A stretch of 64,000 nucleotides of DNA, taken from the NCBI RefSeq assembly GCF_006345805.1, contig NC_043017.1, positions 22,320,001 to 22,384,000 on the forward strand. Reading direction: 5' to 3'. Shown here piece by piece: positions 52,148-64,000 of this stretch. Within the stretch, counting starts at the first letter, position 1. The number at the start of each line of letters is the position of its first letter. The notes below the pieces were generated by a model that worked only from the letters and a program-made list of their open reading frames with translations, ran no database searches and had not been told where the DNA came from. Source of the DNA: Octopus sinensis (lineage: Eukaryota). Position numbers and translations under genes: made by a program.

Positions 52148-52824
52148 TGTTTGTAAAAAAATCTTGGACCTGGGTTGGCATCCACTAAGCAAATTTCATT
52201 GCCACACCTATGTACTTCACCTGGCTCTTTGTGAGTGAACATTCACAGCAATACCACATTGTGATTCTTCAATGTTGGTTCTTTTTATGATTGCAATGAA
52301 GAATTTAGAAAGCATTAGATAGTTCTCCCACAAGAAAATAAGTACTACACTAAGTACCTGGTTTAATTGTTAATACAACAACAGACATGAATGTCTGTGC
52401 ATAAAAGATTTCCGTTCCAAGAATTCATACGTAAACCATGGAAAAACAAACAAAAAAATAAAGAAAATATTTTATAAAAGCTGTAAAAATAACAAAAAAA
52501 AAAAAAATAAACAAAGTAAATGTATTTTGGAGAGATTCTCTGGTTTTCTACTTCCTTTAAATGTACTTATAAGTTGGACCATTAACCTATTCAAATACAT
52601 TGATTGGTATGAATGTAGAAATTCTTTCAATGAAATTAGAAATTAAATTCTATAGGAGAAATGTTAAATAGCAAGACATTTATTCCCAGTAATTATGTAT
52701 CTTTTCAATCCAACACATACACACACTTGCCATTTTATCTAAAAGCCTTTATATTAAATCTAAAAAAAAAAGGTGATTTACAACGGTAATTTACAATGTG
52801 TGTGCATATATATGTATGCATGCC

Positions 52825-52873
<49 letters not shown>

Positions 52874-53955
52874 ATGTCTGTATACATATACACATAAATA
52901 TATATATATATATGTGTGTGTATACATATACACATAAATATAAATATATATGATATGCAAATACAGATAAACATACATGCAGACGCACATTCAATCTATT
53001 AAAACACCACAAACTCGGGTTTTAATATAAAGGTTCGTTCTCTCAATAAAAACCTACACTTCGTGACAACATTATAAACCAAACCAGTCTGTATAATATA
53101 ATAAAGTAAAACAAAAAAAAAACCCCAAAAAAACACATTTTTTTTTATTACTTTCAATTCTGGAGATTGCTTAAATATTGAATTCAAGAATCAGTGAAGC
53201 AAAACACTTTTAGTACAACAGCGAATTAATATCTTTTCACTTCGTTTAAACTCATTACCATTTAATCCACCAGCTGAATATGTATGTATGAGATCAGAAA
53301 TTTTCCCTTTGATGTTTTTCAAAATGTTACTCTTATTTAATTCCAAAGAAAAATTTAAATACCAACAGTGAAGTATCCCTGCCCTACACTTGAAAAATAG
53401 GCATTCAGAGTTATCAATAAAAAGGAAGAATTTCTACATATGAGGAAGAAAATGGACAAAGCTAGAAACACTGATAGCCGAAGCAAGATCTGTGATGAAA
53501 TTCTTAGATCAAAGCTTTAGAAAGTTAGAAAGTTTGAGAGTCAGAAATAAGGTAAAGGTGGTAGAATGATGAAAGGAAATACACCGTTATGCAAATTTTG
53601 TTTTTCCTAGCTCATGTAATCAAGGTAAACATTAAATTAGAAAGGAAGAGAGGAAGGGTGGCTGGCTACCATCACCATCACCATCACTAGCCTCTCAGAT
53701 AAATCTGAGAAGCCTTTCATCTCCATAGCCTCATAAAAGTAAGTAGCTATATTTTGCTAACTTACACATTTTAATATTGATACGTCAGCTGTTCCGCACT
53801 AGCTTGGTTTAAGGAATAACTAAAATCTTAAGCAATTCAAATGAACCTACACAGACATTTTCATATACTACTACACCCTTGCTGATATTGATTTCTAGCT
53901 GTTCATTTCTGGTGGAAGATTAAGCCAGGTATTTTTGACTGGTTAATCTATGTCT

Positions 53956-54265
53956 ATGTGGAGACACATGACCTAGTGGTTAGAACAGCAGACTCGCAGT
54001 CGAGGGACCACAGGTTCGAATCTCAGACCAAACAGTGTGTGCGTTTATGAGTGCAACACATAAGCTTCATGTGGCTCCAGTATAAGGTAATGGCAAACTT
54101 CTGCTGACTCTTTTACCACAACTTTCTCTCACTCTTTCCTCCTTCATCAAGCAGCTCACCTGCGACGAACCAGCATCTCATCCATGTGAGGAACCTAAAT
54201 GCCAATGAAACTGGGAAATCGACCCTTATGAGCCAGGCATGGCTCAAGAAGAAACAAACAACAAC
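53956..54265 (+). mobile_element. SINE family D (domain X plus tail 2) with 11-bp TSD
   Basis: AATCTATGTCT at 53945-53955 and 54266-54276; (AAC)n tail. Confidence 0.87.
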
Positions 54266-54579
54266 AATCTATGTCTTTGAGGTTAAGAACTCTGCTTAAC
54301 ATTCACATGATTTCAGGATCAATTCCACTGGATGACATTTAGGTCTGGGGTTTCATACCTTAGCCTTGAGTTATTCAATGCCTTATAAAAGAAATTTGGT
54401 AGACAGAACCTTCCTGGAAGCCCATGTATAACTAATAGCCAACACAGGGTTTCACAGTTCTATGAAAAGCCTTATCAAAAAACATCACTCAATAAACATG
54501 GTTGTTTGTAACTTGCTAATTACTCATTTGTTATAATTAACATATGAAAGCAAATATCCTAAATGAAATTCTTTCTCTA

Positions 54580-54876
54580 CTTCAAAGACAAGAGTTCCAG
54601 TAGATCCAATCAACAGAACAGCCTGCTCATCAAATTTAAAAAGGACGTGGCTGAGCACTCCACAGAACTTTATATAGTTCTCACAGTGATTCAGTGTGAC
54701 ACAGAATGTGACAAGGCTGGGCCTTGGAATTACAGGTGTGACTCACTTTTACCAGCTGAGTCATCTGGAGCAATGTGAAATAAAGTTTCTTGCTCAAGGA
54801 CACAATGTGCTACAGGGAATTGAACTCGTGACCTTATAACTGTGAGCCAAATATCCTAACCATTAAGTCACACGCC
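54580..54876 (-). mobile_element. SINE family D (domain Y plus tail 1)
   Basis: Tail shared with 47224-47410; central domain shared with the 48.7-kb copy. Confidence 0.8.
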
Positions 54877-55519
54877 CCCCCCCCCTCACCCAACCCCTTA
54901 AGTTGCAGTTAAGGGCTGGAGATTGAGTTTCATTTCATAGTGATGGGTACCAGAGATAAACCTTTACATAGATATGTTGCTAGCCTTGCACATAATTTCC
55001 TTGGCTGAATTAGAACCATGTTGATAGAAGCACAATGAAATGTCACTAACAAAGGATTTGAACTCATGACCTATGACTTGACAGTTCAATACTTTGTCCT
55101 TTCAGTCACCCCATTTCTGCAACCAATGCTTACTTCTCAACCTCATTCCCAAACCATAGCAAAAATCGAATTAGATAAGATACAAAAACAGACAATCTGT
55201 GAACCCAGGGAGTCACACATTCAGTGTATCACAGTCGCCAAATAATCTACGTGTTTAATTGATTGACTTTGAATTAAATGTTGTTGGAGATAAGGCATCA
55301 ATAAGGGTTCATTTCCAAGAATTTGGTTAAAAAGGTACAGAAAAATGTAAAATGGCTGCATGAAATATAAAAGGTAAAAGGTAGTTTATCACAAAATTGA
55401 GGGATTGGAAAAATTTCATGAAGGAGTCAGAGACCATAAAAAATTCTTACATCCAAACAGTTTTTCCTTTTCACTAACACCCACTCATCCCTCTCACTTT
55501 TCCTCTCCTTCTTTACACG

Positions 55520-55637
55520 CACACACATATATGTGAATGTATTTGTGTGTGTGTGTGTATATGTGTGGCATGTTTATACATATATTTTTATATGTAAGTA
55601 TTAAATCAATATGTGTGTGTGTATACATATATATATA

Positions 55638-55686
<49 letters not shown>

Positions 55687-55748
55687 CATACATATATATA
55701 TATACATATATATATACATATGTATATATATATATACATACAAATATA

Positions 55749-55816
<68 letters not shown>

Positions 55817-56477
55817 CATATATACATACATATATATATATATGTATGTATGTATGCACATGTGTGTGGGGGTGGTGAACAAATAATATTTTTTCTTTCT
55901 ATTTTAATTTAACCGTCTGTTATTTTCTTTTATAACAGGAAATGAATCGAAAGATTTATATCCATTATTGTTTTTTTTCTTTTGTTATAAACTGACCAAC
56001 TGTTGCTATCAATATTTTCCAATACAGCAGATACCCCTTCCCAGGTACCCGACCTTTCCGAGTGGTTTTTTTTATAAGGAATTATGCCAGTAAAGGAATA
56101 AAAGTATTTTATCGGAATCAATTTCCTCCGATTCCTCTTTTTTTTTTTGTTTTCTGTTTTTTAAGTTTTAAACTTTATATTTTACTTTAGGGGCCTACAA
56201 CAAAATCTAAGGTCCCTTCATATATATATGTGTGTGTGTGTGTGTGTGGTGAGTGTGTGTGTGTGTATATGAGTATACGTATAGATGTCTGTGTATATAT
56301 ACATATATATATGAGTGTATATGTGTGGGTACATATATATGAGTATATATGTATATGTGTGTGTGTATATATACATATATAAATGTGTGAGTATATATGT
56401 GTGAGTGGGTGTATATATATATATATATATATATATATGAGTGCATATGTGTGTGTGTGTATATATATATGAGTATA

Positions 56478-56533
<56 letters not shown>

Positions 56534-56920
56534 AGTGTATATGTATGTGAGTGTGTGTGTGAATTTATGTTCTGTTACTATAACACAAAACATATAAAAC
56601 ACAAAAACATAAATTACATATACCCCAGGCAACATAGATTTTCATAGAAGTAAAATGTTGAGCACTTCAGTGTTTTCACTTGTAAAACCATATAAAAACA
56701 CCTTATATGTGTATGTATTAAACACACATAAATCTATTTGTGTATATATATATATATATATATGTCCACATGTGCATGAACACGTGTGTGTGCATATATG
56801 TCCATGTATATGTGTGTCAGTATACATCTATAGAGATATACATTTATACATATGAAGATACCCAACACACACATATACATCAGTATATGTATGTATGTGT
56901 GTGTGTGTGTATTATATATA
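55520..56920. repeat. (TA)/(TG) microsatellite fields
   Basis: Direct reading; unique spacer at about 55870-56220. Confidence 0.9.
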
Positions 56921-57764
56921 GGTATATACAAAAGGAGATGGCAAGAAGTTAAACTTCCTGCTATATAATATATTGACTAATGGTTAGGAGAGAGAAAAAA
57001 AAATGACTGAGATGACAGATGGGCTTTGATTGATTATCATCAGATAAATAAAAGGAAAACAAAAAATGGGAGAAAAAAATGCAACTTTGATTTTCAGAAG
57101 GGTCTTATCAGTTTTGTCTGTGTAATGAAATCTGGCTGGTGAAACCCAATAGTCGCTAAAGCTTTAGAAATAACGGGTCTTTGAATAGGAAAAAGGGTAA
57201 AATAGTTGAGACAAATACATTATTTCCCCAGGGTTACTGTAAATAATCCCATCATTCAATCTGTTCAAAGATCAGTTCAATATCACGATGCACTAACCGT
57301 TACCCCGTCACCCATTCCCCCATCAACGCAACAACTCCCTTTATTTTCAACGCTGAACTTTCTGATGATCGCAATCTAATCCCTTTGGCCCTATATCTTT
57401 CACCGATAGATTTTGAAGGATTTTTCTGGGCTAAGATTAATTCCTTTTCAAAGTAGGGTTTGTGGGCAGTTTGGGAACCAGAACAATACGACTCTCTGCC
57501 ATGAATGGAGAAGTACTTCTCAACGATCAATACAATATTCTTAAGTAGTATCTAGCTCCTTAAAATGTTTCCAGGGGTTTTCATCTTACAATGAACCTTT
57601 AACAGAATTGTTTGCCATTGATATCTCGACCAATATCATAGTGTCATATAACCAGATGCTATATTGAAGTGATAACATTAATTAAAGAAACATTTCATTA
57701 GGTTAGCGCTATTTACCGTTTCTATTGTTACTGCGCCTACCGATTCCGCTGGTGCTACTATTGT

Positions 57765-57858
57765 TATTATTATTATTATATTATTATTATTATTATCATT
57801 ATTATTATCATTATTATTATTATTATCATTATTATTATTATCATTATTATTATTATTA

Positions 57859-57889
<31 letters not shown>

Positions 57890-58026
57890 CATTATTATTA
57901 TTATTATCATTATTATTATTATTATCATTATTATTATTATTATCATTATTATTATTATTATTATCATTATTATTATTATTATCATTATTATTATTATTAT
58001 CATTATTATTATTATTATCATTATTA

Positions 58027-58063
<37 letters not shown>

Positions 58064-58065
58064 TA
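57765..58065. repeat. (ATT)n(ATC) microsatellite
   Basis: Direct reading. Confidence 0.96.
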
Positions 58066-58579
58066 TTCTTGAGTAGTAGATGATTAAACACACTGGGACA
58101 GCCTGCCAAAATTCAATATTTATTTATTTATTTATTTACTTCCTAAAAATAAGACACTTATCTTGTTATGTTTCTTGTGTTAGTTTATAAACTTTGGAAA
58201 CTCAAACTGTTGACTGAATATTGGCAGATTTGAAAACCCGAGACAATAAATTATTGAATTTTTTTTCTTCTTTTTGTTCATTTTTCTTTTTAATTATTTA
58301 TTTTTTTTAATAAATAATATTTTTCGACATATCACAGTCCACTGATTTATTCTTGGTATTTTATTTTACTAGACTAACATAGCAATATTGTCTTGTATTA
58401 TTTCTGCCTTATTAAATATACTCTATGAATATTAAGATATTATGAAGAGATTTATTGTTTTTGAGAACAATTGTTTAATATTTTAGATCAAATGTAAATA
58501 GTTGTTTTCTGAAATATTTATATTTCTTTTTATTTATATTTCTTTCTAGTACAGGTACAAGGCCTGGCATTTTGCTTCT

Positions 58580-58996
58580 TACTCTTTTACTTGTTTCAGT
58601 AATTTGACTGTGACCACTCTGGAGCAACGCTTTTAGTCGAGCAAATCGACACCAGGGCTTATTCTTTGTAAGCCTAGTACTTATTCTATCAGTCTCTTTT
58701 GCCGAACTGTTAAGTTACTGGAAAGTAAACACACCAGAATCGGTCGTCAAGTGATGTTGGGGGAACAAACACAGACACACAAACATATATTCACACACAA
58801 ACACATATATATATATATATATACTTATATACGATGGGCTTCTTTCAGTTTCCGTCTACCAAATCCACTCACAAGGCTTTGGTCGACCCAAGGCTTTTAG
58901 TAGAAGACACTTGCCCAAGGTGCCACGCAGTGGAACTGAACCCAGAACCATGTGGTTGGTAAACAAGCTACTTACCACACAGCCACTACTACGCCT
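58580..58996 (-). mobile_element. SINE family A, full length
   Basis: Homology to the other copies. Confidence 0.92.
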
Positions 58997-59345
58997 ATTT
59001 GTTACATTAAACCTCAGTGATCAACTGGGACATATTATTGGCCCTAAAACAATGAAAGGTAAAGTTGACCACAGCAGGATTTAACCCTTTAGCACTTAAA
59101 CTGACCATATCCATAGCCTGGTTTATGTTGAAGCTGGCCTATCACACCTAACATACATTTTTTCGATCAACGTATCCCTCTCTATTTGTTCTCTACTTAT
59201 TATTCCTTTAACTCTTCTCTTCCTACTATCTGCCTTTGATGTCAAATCTACTAACGGTTTTTTTTATACTTAATAACGTTCTGTTTATCACTTAGGCAGT
59301 CATCATAATTGTTATAATGTCTTGTTGTTGAGAGAGGCTCCCTTT

Positions 59346-59427
59346 CTTTCCTGATGAGAAGATTGCATTTTACACTGTTTATTCCTTTGGCATAAAACCA
59401 TGTTGTCTTCAAAACATATGTCAAAAG
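59346..59427 (+). ncRNA. CpG-decayed type I hammerhead with extended stem II (family H4)
   Basis: CTTTC-CTGATGA-GAAGA...TCTTC-AAAA-CATATGT-C-AAAAG. Two CG>CA changes explain both defects; the copy at 10181 retains GAAACATATGTCGAAA. Confidence 0.65.
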
Positions 59428-59525
59428 TAAAAGAATTTTATTAACATCTTCGTTCAACTCCATTTATTTATTTATTCATATATATATATGTGTGTGTGTG
59501 TATATAAATGTATATGTATATATAT

Positions 59526-59576
<51 letters not shown>

Positions 59577-59582
<6 letters not shown>

Positions 59583-59769
59583 GAGATAAAGGTATCAGAT
59601 AATTCTGAATAAGTGCTATAGACAGACCATAGTTAAGTTCCAGATTTGGTAATATTGCGAATAAAGAGTTCAATGTTGGTATATGTATATGTATATATAT
59701 ATATATGTTTATGTATATCTATATATATATGTTTATGTATATCTATATATACATATATGTATATGTATA

Positions 59770-59820
<51 letters not shown>

Positions 59821-59918
59821 GAGATAAAGGTATCAGATAATTCTGAATAAGTGCTATAGACAGACCATAGTTAAGTTCCAGATTTGGTAATATTGCGAAT
59901 AAAGAGTTCAATGTTGGT
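59577..59918. repeat. Identical 104-bp direct duplication separated by microsatellite
   Basis: 59577-59680 equals 59815-59918. Confidence 0.93.
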
Positions 59919-60009
59919 TCTGTCAGTGTGTGTATATATGAATTTTTTTGCATAATGAGATAAAAAAAAAACAAGGCTGTATAGATATTAGAGCATTTAC
60001 AGATAGAAG

Positions 60010-60067
60010 GTCTTATAGCTGTTTCTAGAATTTTAATTAATAATAATAATATCCCTTCATCGGGGAC
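60010..60067 (-). ncRNA. Degenerate hammerhead motif (family H6)
   Basis: Minus strand: GTCC-CCGATGA-AGGGAT...ATTCTA-GAAA-CAGCTAT-A-AGAC. Stem III is a near-palindrome (ACAGCT[G>A]T). Confidence 0.45.
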
Positions 60068-60239
60068 GGTGTGAGAAGAAAAATTAAGTCATAGTTATTT
60101 TCGATGTAATACAAATAGAGAGTGAGGTGGAGGAAAGAAAATAGATATAAGATTTGTATGGTTATTGAGTTCATAAATCCATTTTATAGGTATAATGGTA
60201 TATATGTGTAATATTCCAATATCCTTTGAGTAAAATCCA

Positions 60240-60334
60240 AAAGTCCAACAGAGTTTGATATGAGTCCATCCAGATGTAAATTTTATAAGCAACTTTACAT
60301 CTGGATGGACTCATATTAAACTCTGTTGGACTTT
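60240..60334. repeat. 95-nt hairpin, 41-bp arms, 13-nt loop
   Basis: One mismatch, which is a G-U pair on the + strand. Confidence 0.93.
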
Positions 60335-60488
60335 ATATATACATATATATATATATACATATATATACATATATATATACATATACATATATATATACAT
60401 ATATATATACATATACATATATATATACATATACATATATATACATATACATATATATATATACATATACATATATATATACATATAC

Positions 60489-60519
<31 letters not shown>

Positions 60520-60650
60520 CATATATATATACATATACATATATATATACATATACATATATATATACATATACATATATATATTATATATACATACATA
60601 TACATATATATATATATACATACATATACATATATATATATACATACATA

Positions 60651-60695
<45 letters not shown>

Positions 60696-60715
60696 CACAC
60701 ACACACATGTATATA

Positions 60716-60751
<36 letters not shown>

Positions 60752-60770
60752 TATGTATATAACCTATGGT
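60335..60770. repeat. (TA)/(TACA) microsatellite
   Basis: Direct reading. Confidence 0.95.
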
Positions 60771-62089
60771 GTTTTCCTATTTCTGTATGATATGAAGAGA
60801 ACTAATCTCAGGCCCAAGGTGGTTAATACTAAGCAGTCAATCACTGTACCATTTACCAGCAACAAAATGAAGTTTTAATTCCTTACTCGGTGTAACTTAA
60901 GACCAGCATCATAAAATAATATAACACCAATAGGTATCAGCATTTCATTTAAAACTCTCTCCCTCCAACGAAAAAGAGAAAAAGACCGAAAAAAAAAATG
61001 ATTTATTCAAAACAAAGCATTATAGTATGTATTATATGAGACAGGGAAATAGTCAAAGTAAGGTCACAGTAAAGATCTGATAAGCAATTCATTAAGTACC
61101 AATACGAGCAATATGCAATATTCAGTGTTGAAATCTGTGGAATAAGTATTAAACATAATCCAACTCCGCTATGGAATAATAAAATATTTTGCAGTCTATA
61201 ATATCCGATGAAATATAGCACAGACATAATACACAAATATAATGAGAAATAAATAAACATAGAACATATAGAGAATATTAGGTGTTTGGAAACAAGTCAT
61301 AAACTGCTGATATGTTTACACAGATACAATGTTGTTTTGGCTTTATGGAACCATTCATCATGCATTGAAGCTTATAAATATATACATATGCATCAATTAT
61401 ATTGGTATCAGAAAACTGAATGACTGTGTGTTTGTATGTGTGTGGAGCTGTATGTGTTTTGTGATTGTGTAGCTGAGTAGCTATTTGTTGTATGTTAATA
61501 TTTATGCATTGATAATATCAGTGGCTGTCAACTTGTGTGTGTGGTTCTGTGTGTATGGACACACATTCAGCTAGGAAAGCAAATAACATGAGTATGCCTC
61601 TCAATATATATTTCTTTGTATTCCACCCCATTTCATGGACATATACAGCAAACATACAGGCTGACACTCGGACACATGCAAAAAGTATTCATGCATAAAT
61701 GACATGTCTGCATAAAAATTTCACAATTTCTCAGGATAATGTTATTTGTAATCATATGGTGACATAACAATTAACTTTTGAGATATTAAACTCACAGATA
61801 CACACGTATAAGTCAACAAAGAAATGCATATATGTGTGTACGTATGTACACATAATCACATGTATACCAATGCAAACACACTTAACTAGTTCAAACATAT
61901 GTACTTACACACAAATACATATTCATTGTAAGAAAACCTGTAATTATAGAACTACACATATATTTGCATGAGTACCATTCCTACAGACTTCATCAAATGA
62001 TAAACTTGCTGACCTACACATACACACACACACCACACACACCATACACACACACACACGCACACACACACACACATATATACTTTAAC

Positions 62090-62290
62090 TTACTTTTATT
62101 TGTTTCAGTCATATGACTGCAGCTATGCTGGGGCACCACTTTTAGTGGAGCGAATTGACCCCAGGACTTATTCTTTGTAAGCCTAGTACTTATTCTATCA
62201 GTTGCTTTTGCCAAACTGCTAAGTTACGGGGATATAAACACACAAACATCAGTTGTCAAGCGATGTTGGGGGGACAAGCACAGACAAACA
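62090..62290 (-). mobile_element. SINE family A, 3' half
   Basis: Homology to the other copies. Confidence 0.8.
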
Positions 62291-63479
62291 AACATGTACA
62301 AAATTTGAAACTTATATTGGGCAGAATAGCTTCTTGAACCATGAGTTCATAAAGTCATAGAGTCTATGATATTTGGTATTCAAATGGAATTATTCTTTGA
62401 TATCTGATATTCAAATATAGTTACCATCTTAGATTTTCTGTGATTTTAACCAGTGTCCTACATATAATGTTAAACTGCATCTGGTAATGGATTCCTGGTT
62501 CAGATGTTCCAGAGTTTTGAGGAATGTGGAACCAACTTTTTGCTACTATTGTTCCCTGACCCAAAGGAGTAGTTAGTGTCCCAGCTATGTGTTAATTAGC
62601 ATTTTATGGAAGAAACCCCACAGACAAACCCTCACTGCTTTGTAAGTACCTTGGAGAAGAAAAACCCTCGACAGAAAATCAAAGAATGGAATTCTTCAGG
62701 CAGTCTGATGCCCTTTTTGATACTTTTCTGGAAAATCCAGGGTAAGTAGTGACCTCCAGCTGTGTAAGGCACTCCACCTAGAGGAGGCCACTCCAAAGTA
62801 AAAACCTACAGCTTACTGGTCACCACAGCAGTCATAGCTCACATAATCATTGTGGTCAAACCTCCAAGTTTAATGAGCGAGATCAGATTGCTTGCATAGA
62901 CAGACCCTCACATTAAAATTACTAAGCACAGGCAGGAAGAAAAGCCCTGCCGTCTCAAGAATCAGTTTATATAACCAATTAAGGGGCACGCTTCTCTTCT
63001 TCATCGTCTTTTGATTCAAACAAACTGCCATCATCAATCACTCAGTGTTGCACTACTTACAATTATTTTCTGAAACAGAAGTTGATAAACCCTCATCTGC
63101 AAGTCAAATTTTGAACTAGTATTCAAATTTAAACATGAACTACTAATGAAGTTTCAAAAAGAAACCTTTTGTAAAAAATGCTTTAAGCCCCAACACTAAA
63201 ACATTAATTTAGTGCAAGTCAAATATCTATAATTAAAAATCCAATAATTCTTTCAGCACGGCTATGCATCCACCCATTCTAATCTGCTTGCAATTTGCTC
63301 CTGGTATTAAAAAAGATTTTTCCTTTTTCTGATCTAAAAGATAGTTGTTCTATTTCTTGGTTAAAATGTTGCGGGGCTATTTTTTTCCTAAATAAAAACA
63401 CTTGTCTCAATTCACCTATATACACAATATATATTTACTGAATTAGATTTTTACGAGACTGTACTATTATCATTCTTAT

Positions 63480-63673
63480 TACTATTATTATTATTATTAT
63501 ACATATATACATACGTGTGTTTTTGATTGTGCGTTTATGTGTTTGTGCGTATGAGTGTGTGTCTGTGAGAGCTTGTTTTGTATTTATAGACATTCACAAA
63601 TTTATAACATTTTCTTCCATTCAAACTATGTCTATGAAAAAGTGAAATAGACAGTAGAACCTCTCTCTCTCTT

Positions 63674-63707
<34 letters not shown>

Positions 63708-63770
63708 CACATATATATATATACATATATATATACATACATACATATACATATGTATACATACATACAT

Positions 63771-63807
<37 letters not shown>

Positions 63808-63846
63808 CATAAATACATATATATATATATATATATATATACATAA

Positions 63847-63883
<37 letters not shown>

Positions 63884-63952
63884 AATACATATATAATATA
63901 TATATATATATATATACATAAATACATATATATATATATATATATAACATAA

Positions 63953-64000
<48 letters not shown>
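63480..64000. repeat. Microsatellite with higher-order (TA)n-CATAAATACA units
   Basis: Direct reading. Confidence 0.95.

Noticed and set aside
57300-57530. 76-aa minus-strand ORF in CpG-richer sequence
   Set aside because: No recognisable motif and a weak acceptor; the length is within chance expectation.
726-59427. Apparent strand bias: CpG defects in the HHRs read CG>CA on the + strand
   Set aside because: The SINE A copy at 3573-3978 shows roughly equal CG>TG and CG>CA changes, so there is no support for transcription-linked asymmetry.
2172-64000. Numerous long ORFs rich in YI/HT/CV/N/I repeats
   Set aside because: They are translations of microsatellites lacking stop codons, not genes.

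Overview
This is a very AT-rich, repeat-dominated eukaryotic window with no recognisable host protein-coding exon. The SINE families and microsatellite load point to an Octopus genome (inference); the window is probably a large intron or intergenic region. It contains dozens of tRNA-derived SINEs in about 4 families (some with clear TSDs) and huge (TA)n/(CA)n/(GATA)n/(AAT)n tracts, which explain nearly all ORFs in the ORF track. Decayed retroelement coding remnants include two RTE-clade fragments, a Penelope-like (PLE) GIY-YIG fragment and the 3' end of a HERO-like RLE element; several MITEs are also present. Two layers not visible in the ORF track stand out. (1) About ten hammerhead-ribozyme (HHR) motifs of roughly six sequence families, folded by hand. 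Two of them sit in a 382-bp tandem repeat at a PLE 3' end (retrozyme/pLTR-like architecture), and most HHR-bearing fragments abut (TA)n tracts. (2) A cluster of long, near-perfect inverted repeats in unrelated sequence, four with arms of 132-137 bp.
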